Source: Wujia sp. (lineage in GTDB: Bacteria > Bacillota > Clostridia > Lachnospirales > Lachnospiraceae). From it: DNA of 64,000 bases. Of the stretch, positions 1 through 9,876 are shown one piece after another. The stretch lies in NCBI GenBank assembly GCA_051877775.1, contig JBJEJF010000008.1:27408-91407 (forward strand), read 5' to 3'. How positions within the stretch are numbered: the first letter of the stretch is position 1; each line of letters begins with the position of its first letter. The notes under the pieces are model-generated. The model had not been told where the DNA came from. It did no database searches and saw nothing but the letters and a program-made list of their open reading frames with translations. A program made the translations under genes and the position numbers.

Positions 1-924
1 TGCTATCTGCACGGCCTCTACGTTGCCGATAGTCCTGGCACGCACACCGCCCCGTATATATGGCAGCGACCAGTCATATCCATAATTCGGTATACCCAGA
101 CTGATCTTATCAGCCGGTATCTCAGTCAGTGCATATTCCACGACGCGCCTTACCTGATCGATCGGTGCTACTGCCATCGGAGGTCCGTAGGCATATCCCC
201 ATTCATATGTCATGAGAAGCACGCCATTTGCTGCAGCTCCAAGGCCTCCATAATCTTTCCCCTCATACAAAAGTCCCGGCTGGTCAGCAGCTATCTTCGG
301 TGCAAGATCAACATAGACCTGATATCCCAGCGGATTTAATTCCCTGGTCAGTCTTGCAACGAAATCAGTAAAAACGTCTCTGTCTTCAGCCAGAATAAAC
401 TCAAAATCCACATCAAGCGCGCGAAATCCCTTCTCAGCCATCACGATCTTCAACTGCTCTATCAGATTATCCACGGCAGCATCGTTCCTGATCAATGAAT
501 GAATAAGATTATTATTAAATCTTCCATCCTCCCCAAACGGAGTCAGAGTCAGAACCGAACCAACCTGAAAGCTTTCTGCGGCGGTCAGCATAAATGTATC
601 ATCTATCGCCGGATATATCAGATAGCCATCCGGTGTAAAACCATATGAAAAGACGGATAGATAAGTCAGATACGGCAGTGTCGCATTCAGCACCCATCTG
701 CTGATAAATGGGTACGCAAATCCATTTACATATATGGGCGGCCTGTTTTGCCCTACTCCCAGGTTCTCCCCTTCCCCTGTATCTTCTATGAGCAAAGCCT
801 GCCCAACAACCAGAGTGTAAGGATACTGCAGCTGATTTACTTCTTCTATGCTCTCCTCTGTCACGCCATAACGCTGCGCAATAGAATATACAGTATCTCC
901 TTCTGCCACAACATAAATCGTCAT
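1..924 (-). CDS. LysM + glycoside hydrolase family 18 spore cortex-lytic/germination protein (YaaH/SleL-like), 3' end runs off the window
   Basis: Not in the ORF track. Manual translation from ATG 924 gives MTIYVVAEGDTVYSIAQRYGVT (LysM), then VNGFAYPFI..LPYLTYLSVFSYGF and the GH18 motif GFRALDVDFEF. Confidence 0.88.
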   Translation of the reverse strand, partial: MTIYVVAEGDTVYSIAQRYGVTEESIEEVNQLQYPYTLVVGQALLIEDTGEGENLGVGQNRPPIYVNGFAYPFISRWVLNATLPYLTYLSVFSYGFTPDGYLIYPAIDDTFMLTAAESFQVGSVLTLTPFGEDGRFNNNLIHSLIRNDAAVDNLIEQLKIVMAEKGFRALDVDFEFILAEDRDVFTDFVARLTRELNPLGYQVYVDLAPKIAADQPGLLYEGKDYGGLGAAANGVLLMTYEWGYAYGPPMAVAPIDQVRRVVEYALTEIPADKISLGIPNYGYDWSLPYIRGGVRARTIGNVEAVQIA

Positions 925-1005
925 TTCCAATATGCTCCGTTTTTTTATATTTAATATATACGTAACTTGTATCCTGAAAATGCGAAGCCTTTTCCCATAA
1001 TATAC

Positions 1006-1041
1006 AAAAACTGCGTCAGTTTCATAGCCGGCGCAGTTTTT
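1006..1041. terminator. Intrinsic terminator after the prfC-tubulin-like unit
   Basis: AAAAACTGCG...CGCAGTTTTT inverted repeat with A/T tracts on both sides. Confidence 0.8.
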
Positions 1042-1083
1042 CTTTTTTTTATTATGAATATTTAATTTTTTGATATTACAACA

Positions 1084-3609
1084 TCAGGCAATACCAGGAT
1101 AGTCCTGATACATATCTTTGTTCACTTCATCTATATGTATACCTCGATACTCATCCCTGTTGACAGCCATATAAGCCATCCTCATATCATCTATGCATGC
1201 AAGCATAGACAGTGGTACTCCATTGTACATATCATCGACTGATATAGCAACATCACCGGTATTCAATGCGATTGTATCTTCTGATTCTCTGTATGGTGGT
1301 GCAATAAGCAGTTCCTTTACAGCCTGACTGAAATGCGGCATGATAGCAGGCAGTGAAACATACTTTTTATTGACCAGGTTAACCTTAAATCCCGGCTTTA
1401 AGATACAAAGTTTCTTCTTCATAGTCTTTTCACTGGCGCCCTCAACAAAAGCTTTGGCAGCTCGCTGCATGATCTCCTGACGTTTTTCGTTTGTCGGTGA
1501 AACGAACATCATATTGATCTCCTGTAAAGTAGGTCTCTCATCGGCGAAAGCAACTGCAATCAGCTTCTCCGGTGCATATACGCCCATACTAATCAGCATA
1601 TTCTTATATATACGCTCCATCTCCTGTTTTACCTGAACGACTCTGCCGTTATCTATATTGGATTCATTATCCACAAGCAGTTTGACCAGTCCCTGATGGA
1701 ATTCCTGTATACGTGCTTCCGTGATATAATCAGCCGGAAGGAATTCCTGACGATTTGCATCTTTTAAAAGATAACCGGTAACATTCTTTCCACTGCGTGC
1801 CATATCCTCAATGGCATTCTTCAGATCTTCGTTAAACTGTGCATACAGCTCTTCCAGACGTTCCGCTCTTGCTCTGAGCCAGCGGATAATGTCACCAAAC
1901 ATATCCTGTCCGTCAATTCCGTCAATAAGCATCGTACGTTCCAGTGTCAGTGTTTCTTTTATGCATGCATCATAGTATCCGTTTTCCGTCTCTCTCTTGG
2001 CAGACGGAAATGTAAAGAACCTCTTGGCAACAATATCCTTGATCGATTCAATAATACGGCTGAACTCTCCCGTTGGCTGATACTGTTTCAGCATATCATC
2101 CAGCTTCTTTATCTCTGCAATCAGTCCGCGGTCAGTCTCTCCGTTACCGATACCGGCAGCACCAATGATATCCATCACTGCATAAGGACCATATTCTTTC
2201 ATATATCGGTTAAGCTGGCTATCAATCGAGTCAAATAATTTATTCTTTAATGACTTAACAATGACAGGGATCTGTTCCTCCAGACTTTTCAGCTGTTTTC
2301 CCATAGATTCCCGCAATCCATCCTGATTCTTCTTGATTGCCTTATATACCGGCTTCTCAAATTGTCCCATACGAATAAGTCCGTTTATATTCAGGCAGAT
2401 CTCATCCCCCGGCTTTCCAGCCAGAAACGTTTGCAGTTCAGTTAATGTGTTCTTCTTGTCTGATTCGATCTGTGCGCTGATATCCGGCATCTCATGAAGA
2501 CGTTTATATGCTTCCGAAAACACCTCATATTCACAGATATTTTCGATCTCACGAATCGGCACTCTGTAATCGGAATCATTGATTACCTTGTAATAACCCT
2601 TATCATCCGTATTGAAGAATACATCTCGAAGCAACTCCCTATCCTCATCATTTTCATTGCCACCGACATATTTAAAAGTAGCAAGCTTAGAGAGAAAATA
2701 AGCTGTATCACTGTAGATGACACCATCCGGGATATAACCCTGTTCATCCTTCTTACCAGAAACAAGCATACAGGAATCAAAAATATTTTCTTTGATGGTC
2801 AGCCTGTGTGTTGTACTCTCAAAGCTGTATGGTTCATCTCTGGTTACAAGCCTCATATAATAGTCTATTTCCTTCAGTGTCGCATAACCGTTTGCGTTGA
2901 GCAGTGACATTAATTCCATGTCCCCTGCTATGGCACGATTACCGTACAGAACATCAGGCATAAGCAGGCATCCACCAAGTCTGAAGTTCTTCCATTTTTG
3001 GGATTTTGCAAAAGCACGTATGTTATAAGCCAGATCAGACAGAATACCGCTTCCTGTACCGCCGGAAACCCCCGACACAAGAATGATATCAAGCTTGCCT
3101 GATGATCTTGCATACATATCTTCCAATTTGTCAAACAGCAGAAAACGAATATCGTCATATGCATTTGAGAACATCAGACGTCCGATCTGCCTGTTCCCCT
3201 TTGCGCCCTCGGTTCCGATATTTAACATCGGAAAATCCTCACGCATCCAGTTGGCAATATTCGGATGAACAGGATTATTTTTAATTCCGTTTACCAGAAT
3301 ATTATCAAGATTCGGTCTGTATATACTGATTATCTCTGTTGCATTCAGTCCGATTCCATCCTTGCTGTCTTCGATCATCGTCTCCATGGCAGGAATATCA
3401 GAATCGATCATCAGAAATTGTATATTATCCTCCGGTTTTATTTCTTCCATTAACATTCCTTTGAGATTACATACAACACGGCTTCCCATGCCGCCAAGAC
3501 CTATCACGAGAAGATCTCCATTGTACCGCTTCTCATTGTCTATTTTCTCGAATATTCTGATATCCTTCAGCTTACTGAATTCTTCCTTTTGTGTATCAAT
3601 CAGTATCAT
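1084..3609 (-). CDS. Tubulin/FtsZ-like GTPase domain protein (Tubulin_2-type) with long helical C-terminal region, 841 aa
   Basis: Motifs VIGLGGMG, IDSD, GAKGNRQIGRL, tubulin-signature GVSGGTGSG and ANGYATLKEID. Start moved to ATG 3609 (SD GAGGGAG). Confidence 0.82.
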   Translation of the reverse strand: MILIDTQKEEFSKLKDIRIFEKIDNEKRYNGDLLVIGLGGMGSRVVCNLKGMLMEEIKPEDNIQFLMIDSDIPAMETMIEDSKDGIGLNATEIISIYRPNLDNILVNGIKNNPVHPNIANWMREDFPMLNIGTEGAKGNRQIGRLMFSNAYDDIRFLLFDKLEDMYARSSGKLDIILVSGVSGGTGSGILSDLAYNIRAFAKSQKWKNFRLGGCLLMPDVLYGNRAIAGDMELMSLLNANGYATLKEIDYYMRLVTRDEPYSFESTTHRLTIKENIFDSCMLVSGKKDEQGYIPDGVIYSDTAYFLSKLATFKYVGGNENDEDRELLRDVFFNTDDKGYYKVINDSDYRVPIREIENICEYEVFSEAYKRLHEMPDISAQIESDKKNTLTELQTFLAGKPGDEICLNINGLIRMGQFEKPVYKAIKKNQDGLRESMGKQLKSLEEQIPVIVKSLKNKLFDSIDSQLNRYMKEYGPYAVMDIIGAAGIGNGETDRGLIAEIKKLDDMLKQYQPTGEFSRIIESIKDIVAKRFFTFPSAKRETENGYYDACIKETLTLERTMLIDGIDGQDMFGDIIRWLRARAERLEELYAQFNEDLKNAIEDMARSGKNVTGYLLKDANRQEFLPADYITEARIQEFHQGLVKLLVDNESNIDNGRVVQVKQEMERIYKNMLISMGVYAPEKLIAVAFADERPTLQEINMMFVSPTNEKRQEIMQRAAKAFVEGASEKTMKKKLCILKPGFKVNLVNKKYVSLPAIMPHFSQAVKELLIAPPYRESEDTIALNTGDVAISVDDMYNGVPLSMLACIDDMRMAYMAVNRDEYRGIHIDEVNKDMYQDYPGIA

Positions 3610-3653
3610 ACTATCTCCCTCATTTTTCACAAAATATCCCACCCACAGTTACA

Positions 3654-5249
3654 TTAATTTCTCTTGAACTCCTCAAGTTCAAGTCCTTCATTATGTTCAA
3701 GTAAAAGGCGGATCGACCATTCATTTGCAAAAAGCAGCAAAGGATTATCCCGCATATCTTTCACTTTTTTACAATCACTGATGCGTTTCAGGGAATTAAG
3801 ATCGATCCCTGTATCTTTTACCCATCTGATATAATTATATGGCAATGGCTCCAATCTGACATCGCAGCCATATTCATTTTCAAGCCTGTATTTCAATACA
3901 TCAAATTGCAGTACGCCGACAACCCCGACAATGATCTCAGACAGTCCCAGCGTATAATCCTGGAATATCTGAATTGCACCTTCCTGTGCAAGCTGTGTTA
4001 CACCCTTATTAAACTGCTTTCTCTTCATTGAATCGAGCTGGACCACCCTGCAGAAATGTTCAGGTGCAAAGGTCGGAATTCCCTCATATCGGAACTTTTT
4101 GCCCGGTGCGCAGATCGTATCTCCGATGGAGAATATGCCCGGATCGAATACTCCAATAACATCCCCTGCATAGGCTTCATCTATAACTTTTCTATCCTGT
4201 GCCATGATCTGCTGTGGCTGTGACAGCTTCATCTTTCTTCCGCTCTGTACATGATATACATCCTTGCCGGCATCGAATTTACCTGAGCAAATCCTCATAA
4301 ATGCGATTCTGTCATGATGCGCTTTATTCATGTTGGCCTGAATTTTGAATATAAAACCTGAAAAAGGCTCCGTCACAGGATCGATCATCCCCTCATCTGA
4401 CATTCTTGCAAGAGGAGATTGTGTCATGGCAAGGAAATGTTTCAAAAAAGTTTCCACACCAAAAGTCGTAAGTGCTGACCCAAAAAATACAGGAGACAGT
4501 TCTCCCTGATCAACCAATCTCTGATCAAAAGGATCACTGGCACCATCCAGAAGTTCTATTTCATCCAGAAGCTGTTGGTACAACTCATCCCCAACTTCTT
4601 CAGCCAGAGCCGGATCATCTACCGCGTAGTCAGTCTCGGCAGCACTCTTGGCTCCGCCAACGGAAACAGCCTTGAACATGGACACCTGCTTTGTATCGCG
4701 ATCATACACACCTTTGAAACGCTTACCTGCTCCAATAGGCCAGTTAACCGGGCAGGTTCTGATTCCCAAGACATTTTCTATATCATCCAACAGGTCAAAT
4801 GGATCTCTGGCTTCCAGATCCATCTTATTAATGAACGTAAATATAGGAATATGACGCATAACGCAGACCTTAAAGAGTTTGATCGTCTGAGCCTCGACAC
4901 CCTTGGAGGCATCAATGACCATGACCGCAGAATCAGCCGCCATCAGTGTACGGTAGGTATCTTCCGAGAAATCCTGATGTCCCGGCGTATCAAGTATATT
5001 AATACAATAATTATCATAATTAAACTGCAGGACAGAGGAAGTTACCGAGATTCCTCTCTCCTTCTCAATCTCCATCCAGTCAGAGACAGCATATTTGGAA
5101 TTGGCCTTTCCCTTTACCGAGCCTGCAGTATTGATCGCACCTCCATAGAGCAGGAATTTCTCTGTCAATGTTGTCTTACCCGCATCAGGATGCGAGATGA
5201 TTGCAAATGTCCTTCTTTTCTCAATTTCCTGTCTATATTCTTCTGCCAT
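3654..5249 (-). CDS. prfC: Peptide chain release factor 3
   Basis: RRTFAIISHPDAGKTTLTEKFLL, SDWMEIEKERGIS, DTPGHQDFSEDTYR, NKMD. Start MAEEY at 5249 with SD GGAGG. Confidence 0.97.
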   Translation of the reverse strand: MAEEYRQEIEKRRTFAIISHPDAGKTTLTEKFLLYGGAINTAGSVKGKANSKYAVSDWMEIEKERGISVTSSVLQFNYDNYCINILDTPGHQDFSEDTYRTLMAADSAVMVIDASKGVEAQTIKLFKVCVMRHIPIFTFINKMDLEARDPFDLLDDIENVLGIRTCPVNWPIGAGKRFKGVYDRDTKQVSMFKAVSVGGAKSAAETDYAVDDPALAEEVGDELYQQLLDEIELLDGASDPFDQRLVDQGELSPVFFGSALTTFGVETFLKHFLAMTQSPLARMSDEGMIDPVTEPFSGFIFKIQANMNKAHHDRIAFMRICSGKFDAGKDVYHVQSGRKMKLSQPQQIMAQDRKVIDEAYAGDVIGVFDPGIFSIGDTICAPGKKFRYEGIPTFAPEHFCRVVQLDSMKRKQFNKGVTQLAQEGAIQIFQDYTLGLSEIIVGVVGVLQFDVLKYRLENEYGCDVRLEPLPYNYIRWVKDTGIDLNSLKRISDCKKVKDMRDNPLLLFANEWSIRLLLEHNEGLELEEFKRN

Positions 5250-5307
5250 ACTGACCTCCAGATAATCATTCATGTAATAAATACACAATATATGCACAAT
5301 TAATTGT

Positions 5308-5336
5308 ATTATACACGAAAAAAATATTTTACTCAA
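5308..5336 (-). promoter_or_regulatory. Sigma-A promoter of prfC
   Basis: TTGAGT-17 bp-TATAAT on the minus strand. Confidence 0.65.
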
Positions 5337-5369
5337 TAGTACATTCAAATGTTTTTATTTTACAGGGGT

Positions 5370-6503
5370 TCATGTATTTTCGTATCTGCGTGCTGCTAAT
5401 TCCTCTATCGTATGTAATTTATTATGCTGTTTGGCATATTCTTTCAGTCGCAGATTCGCTTTATTCATCGCCCCAAAGGCAGAAATGCTTGCTATGACCG
5501 ACTCACAGCTGTCAATATACTGCACTGCCTTGTGAAAACTACTGTCTGATATCGGCTCATATTCCCTCTCATCAATAAGATCAGCCGCCAGTATCTTTGC
5601 CAGCGGGTAATCCGCATCATTTCTTTGGATCACGCCTGCCGCGAAAGGGATCCCCATTCTCTGGAGTCTGCGATACACCGGAATCCCAGTACCCGCTCCG
5701 CCGATAACAAAGACACGAGGTGTCCCCAATACAGGCGCCAGTTCAGGACCTCCTGCTGAGACATTGTAGCTTCCATCCGTAACATCATATAACCTTTCAA
5801 TGTAATCAGAAGAAAAAATATCCTCCGGCTCCCCACATCGCTCAACACGATGATCATGTATACAGGCAATTCTGTCCGAGATCTTCTGCGCCAGATCGAT
5901 CTCATGCAGGGACATAATGATCGCAACACCCTTCTCATGGGCAAGCCGTTTCAGTATTGATAACAGCTCCAGTTTATATTTTATGTCCAGAAACGAAGTT
6001 GGTTCATCCAATATCATGATCTCCGGCTCCTGACAGATTGCTCTCGCCAGCATAACTCTCTGCCTCTGTCCATCACTGACATGCACAAATTCACGGTCAG
6101 CGATCTCCATAACACCAGCCATTTCCATGGCTGATCGGATCTTAAACCGATCATTTTCTGTCAGCAGCCCCATGTTGCCCGTATACGGATATCTGCCCAT
6201 TGCAACAACATCCTCACATGTCATAAGCTCCGGATTGACCCGCTCTGTCATGACGATTGCGAGTTCCGATGCAATCTCCTTCGCAGATATATCCCGCATA
6301 TCCTTCCCGCTCAGATACACAGTTCCTTCAATCAGTCTGAGCTGTTTTGCAATGCTTTTCAGAAGTGTTGACTTCCCTGCTCCGTTTGGACCAATCAATG
6401 TAAGGATCTCTCCCCGGCGCAAATATAATTCTATATCCTTTATAACCGGTATCCCATGATATCCAACTGTCATACGTTTTGTATTTATCATAAATTCATT
6501 CAT
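5370..6503 (-). CDS. ABC transporter ATPase, BtuD/FecE type, with C-terminal extension
   Basis: GPNGAGKS, VSDGQRQR, LDEPT, SLHE. An extra domain of about 125 aa begins near RVFVIGGAGTG. Confidence 0.9.
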   Translation of the reverse strand: MNEFMINTKRMTVGYHGIPVIKDIELYLRRGEILTLIGPNGAGKSTLLKSIAKQLRLIEGTVYLSGKDMRDISAKEIASELAIVMTERVNPELMTCEDVVAMGRYPYTGNMGLLTENDRFKIRSAMEMAGVMEIADREFVHVSDGQRQRVMLARAICQEPEIMILDEPTSFLDIKYKLELLSILKRLAHEKGVAIIMSLHEIDLAQKISDRIACIHDHRVERCGEPEDIFSSDYIERLYDVTDGSYNVSAGGPELAPVLGTPRVFVIGGAGTGIPVYRRLQRMGIPFAAGVIQRNDADYPLAKILAADLIDEREYEPISDSSFHKAVQYIDSCESVIASISAFGAMNKANLRLKEYAKQHNKLHTIEELAARRYENT

Positions 6504-6531
6504 ATCGATCACCTTCTGTCATTCTTGCATA

Positions 6532-7560
6532 TCAGGAAGAATGTCTTCTCTGTCTGATCATCATATACACTACGACCGGTGCACCAAATACCGCTGTCAC
6601 AGTGCTGATAGACAGCTCTGACGGAGCAAATAAGGTTCTTGCGATCATATCACACAGCATACAGAAAAGTGCCCCTCCAAGGAAGCATGCCGGTATCATA
6701 AGGATCGGCTTAGAAGTCCGGAATAAAGATCGTATCAGATGTGGCACCGCAATACCCACAAAAGAAATAGGGCCTGCAAATGCCGTGACACAAGCTGACA
6801 ATATACTGGACAAAAAAATTAATATAAATCTGAATACCCTGATATTAACGCCAAGATTGGCCGCATAATTTTCGCCCAGCTGATATGCACCCATAGGCTT
6901 TGACAATAAAAAGCAGCATACCAGTGTGACAGATATGACAGCCGACATGACACCCACATGGTTCCAGCTGATACCCGCAAAGCTGCCCAGAGACCAGTTA
7001 TGCAGATTAACGATATTGGAATCATCCGCAAATGTGACAAGTATATCTGTGATTGCAGAACAGATATATCCGATCATGACTCCACATACGACAAGAATTG
7101 ACATATTGCGCACCTTGTTTGATACAACAAGAACAAATCCCATGGAGATCATAGCTCCTATAAAAGCAGTCAGAATCATCATGCCTGAACCCATGGAATA
7201 TCCCCCTGACAGCAAAACGATCAACCCCACTGCCACAGCTAATTTTGCACCTGATGAAATGCCGAGTACAAACGGACCTGCAATCGGATTTCCAAAAAAT
7301 GTCTGCAACAAAAAACCAGACACCGAGAGCGCACCTCCGAGAACAATGGCAGCGCAAATCCGTGGCATTCTGATATTCCAGAGGATCTGATATGCCGTCC
7401 GGTCACCCTCTCCGCAAAAAAGCAGAGATATAATCTCTCCGAAACTCACATCTACGCTTCCCACATTGATACTGAAGAAAAATACAACAGCAATCATCAT
7501 AATTAGCAAAACAAAAGTAAGCGTATACCTTATGTACTTTTTATGCCTTTTTTCTTCCAT
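6532..7560 (-). CDS. ABC transporter permease, FecCD/BtuC family
   Basis: IRMPRI, LQTFFGNPIAGPFVLGISSGA, GENYAANLG, GPISFVGIAVPHL. Confidence 0.92.
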   Translation of the reverse strand: MEEKRHKKYIRYTLTFVLLIMMIAVVFFFSINVGSVDVSFGEIISLLFCGEGDRTAYQILWNIRMPRICAAIVLGGALSVSGFLLQTFFGNPIAGPFVLGISSGAKLAVAVGLIVLLSGGYSMGSGMMILTAFIGAMISMGFVLVVSNKVRNMSILVVCGVMIGYICSAITDILVTFADDSNIVNLHNWSLGSFAGISWNHVGVMSAVISVTLVCCFLLSKPMGAYQLGENYAANLGVNIRVFRFILIFLSSILSACVTAFAGPISFVGIAVPHLIRSLFRTSKPILMIPACFLGGALFCMLCDMIARTLFAPSELSISTVTAVFGAPVVVYMMIRQRRHSS

Positions 7561-7609
7561 ATTTGTTCTATCACCTCTGTCCGCAAACATAACAAAATGT
7601 CCGGATCTG

Positions 7610-8791
7610 TTACTGTAATCTGTGAAGATAGATGAGCTCCGCATCTCCTATACCCGGATCAACAAGTATCTTATGTATATCCATGATCATATCCCCAAAT
7701 CCTGTTGTCTGTTGAAACATGTTTTTACCTGTACAGAATACATTTCCATTCTGTACAGCCTTAAAATCACGGAACAACTCATTTTTATCATATAACTCGT
7801 CCAATGTAAACAGTTCCCCATCGATCGTGCTGTTATAGATCAATATATCCGCGTCCTTTGCCTGTTTGTAAAACTCCTCCATCTGAATGTTCATTGTCGA
7901 CAGGGCGTTCTCATCCTCCGAGGCAAGATCTTCAAAGACATACTTTCCTCCCGCCAGTTCAATCATCTTTGCAACATAATCATTTGATTTTCTGATATTT
8001 ACTGCTCCGTTTGCAGTCACATAAAAAAAAGCGACCGACTGGCTGTTTTCATCCCCATCCTGCTTACCAGCAAGCCCCTGTACCTGCTCCGCCTGACTGT
8101 CAAAATATGCCTCTGCCTCCTCTGAACATCCCAGCAGAACACCATACAGCTTGATCCATTCCATTCTGCCAAGGGGATGGCTCTCGTAGCTGGAACGTTC
8201 TACCAGTACAGGTATACCCAGTTTCTCCATCTGTTCCTTAATCTCAGGTGTATGCAGAATCATCGTTGATTCTATAGCCAGGTCACAATCATTGTCCAGC
8301 AGCAATTCCATGTCCGGTGCACTGTACTTCCCGGCATATAAGATATCACCATTTTGCATTGCTTCTCTTGCCGCATCAATATACCAGTCTTCCATTTTCA
8401 ATCCCGAGAATGCTATCTGATCCATCCCACCGACTGCACGGATCAGATCCATCGCGGATGTTGCAGCCAGATAAATATGTTGGGGGGTCTGTCGAATAAC
8501 CACAATATCAGAATCAAGTCCCTCGGGAACATCTGCCTGATCTGCAACAAGCAGATACCGATCTGTTTCTCCTATGGTTATCATAATATATCCATTCTCA
8601 TAATAATCCACAGAAAATTGTTCCGCATATTGAAGTTCAAGACTGTGATCAGGCTTCATATCTGCCCACAACTGATCATCTACGGACATATCCTTCTGCT
8701 TTTTTTCACATCCGGCAAGGCAAAGAAGAATCAAAAAAGAAAAAAGAAGGTATGCTATATACTTTTTTTCTGTCAGACATTTCATATTCAC
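7610..8791 (-). CDS. ABC transporter substrate-binding lipoprotein (BtuF/Fe-chelate class III)
   Basis: Lipobox LAGC, GKYSAPD, ESHPLGRMEWIK. Adjacent to the FecCD permease. Confidence 0.88.
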   Translation of the reverse strand: MNMKCLTEKKYIAYLLFSFLILLCLAGCEKKQKDMSVDDQLWADMKPDHSLELQYAEQFSVDYYENGYIMITIGETDRYLLVADQADVPEGLDSDIVVIRQTPQHIYLAATSAMDLIRAVGGMDQIAFSGLKMEDWYIDAAREAMQNGDILYAGKYSAPDMELLLDNDCDLAIESTMILHTPEIKEQMEKLGIPVLVERSSYESHPLGRMEWIKLYGVLLGCSEEAEAYFDSQAEQVQGLAGKQDGDENSQSVAFFYVTANGAVNIRKSNDYVAKMIELAGGKYVFEDLASEDENALSTMNIQMEEFYKQAKDADILIYNSTIDGELFTLDELYDKNELFRDFKAVQNGNVFCTGKNMFQQTTGFGDMIMDIHKILVDPGIGDAELIYLHRLQ

Positions 8792-8848
8792 GATCGTATC
8801 CTTTCTAATTCATAGGCTTCCTTTTTATCAAGCCCATGCATATGCAAA

Positions 8849-8887
8849 GGATGCAGCAAAAAGTACTTAATATACATTGCTGCATCC
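8849..8887 (-). other. Intra-operon stem-loop (partial terminator or mRNA stabiliser)
   Basis: Perfect 11-bp stem GGATGCAGCAA/TTGCTGCATCC between the second and third genes of the operon. Confidence 0.55.
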
Positions 8888-8893
8888 CCAAAA

Positions 8894-9844
8894 TTACTTA
8901 TTTACCGATTGAATCGTTGATGAATCAAAATATAATGTATAATCTATCTCATGTGGTTCGCTCATAGCTGTTGTATCTGCCCTGACAGCCATTGGCCCAT
9001 CGAACACATTCACCGGAATATTAAATGTTGAATTACCATCTGTATTGACAGTCAGATATTTTTCATCATTTACAACCATATAATCATAATTTGAGCTGCT
9101 CCATACAATTGTAACAGTAACTGTTCCATTTTCCACGATCATATTCGCAGGTGATTCTACAGTGGCTTTTCCGGAACCTCCCTCAAGGCTGACCTCAACA
9201 CTATAGGTACCATCCGCAAGCTGCAGATCCTCTGCAGAAGTATATGTACCTTCCTTCCAGGCATCTACAGGAAGAGAATCTGACCTGAACACGATCGTTC
9301 TGTCATACCATTTTTCCTTCTTCCTGCTGTATGCAGCACAATCCAATCCCTTATCAAGTGCTTCTACAGGCACCAAAAAGGTATGTGTTCCATCTGCACT
9401 TTCCACATATCCGATATATGCATCCTCAGACGCGGAGACTGCCTCTTCTCCGGTTCCCATATATACATACAGATATCCGGTTCCTCCCATCGTCATCACA
9501 GCATTCATCTTGCCATTTTCCACAGTGAGCTCACAGGATGTAATATTAAACATTGATGAACTGGAGTCCACCTGGATCTGATATGTTCCATCCTTCAGAC
9601 TATCTGCATACACCGGTGTCATACCATCCTGTATGACCTCCTGCGGTTCTGCCATCTCATCCGCAGATGCAACTTTATCTGTCTGTTCTGTCGTATCATC
9701 CTCAACCGCAGTCATATCTTTCTGCTCTGTTGTCTCACCTGTAACGACAGTCGTATTCGTCTGATTTTTTTCACTGCTGCATCCTGTAAACGTTATCATC
9801 ATCACACATAGTGCAGCCAGCAATCTAACCCTCGTCAGTTTCAT
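8894..9844 (-). CDS. Lipoprotein with two related NEAT-like beta domains
   Basis: Lipobox FTGC and an acidic linker, then two repeats starting L(K/A)DGTY with similar strand patterns (e.g. WSSSNYDYM..STFNIPV). Confidence 0.7.
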   Translation of the reverse strand: MKLTRVRLLAALCVMMITFTGCSSEKNQTNTTVVTGETTEQKDMTAVEDDTTEQTDKVASADEMAEPQEVIQDGMTPVYADSLKDGTYQIQVDSSSSMFNITSCELTVENGKMNAVMTMGGTGYLYVYMGTGEEAVSASEDAYIGYVESADGTHTFLVPVEALDKGLDCAAYSRKKEKWYDRTIVFRSDSLPVDAWKEGTYTSAEDLQLADGTYSVEVSLEGGSGKATVESPANMIVENGTVTVTIVWSSSNYDYMVVNDEKYLTVNTDGNSTFNIPVNVFDGPMAVRADTTAMSEPHEIDYTLYFDSSTIQSVNK

Positions 9845-9876
9845 AATCCCTTACCTTTTTCATTATATTTTTGATC

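Noticed and set aside
925-1000. Sporulation sigma promoter for the YaaH-like gene
   Set aside because: Partial matches only, and the spacing did not fit a consensus convincingly.
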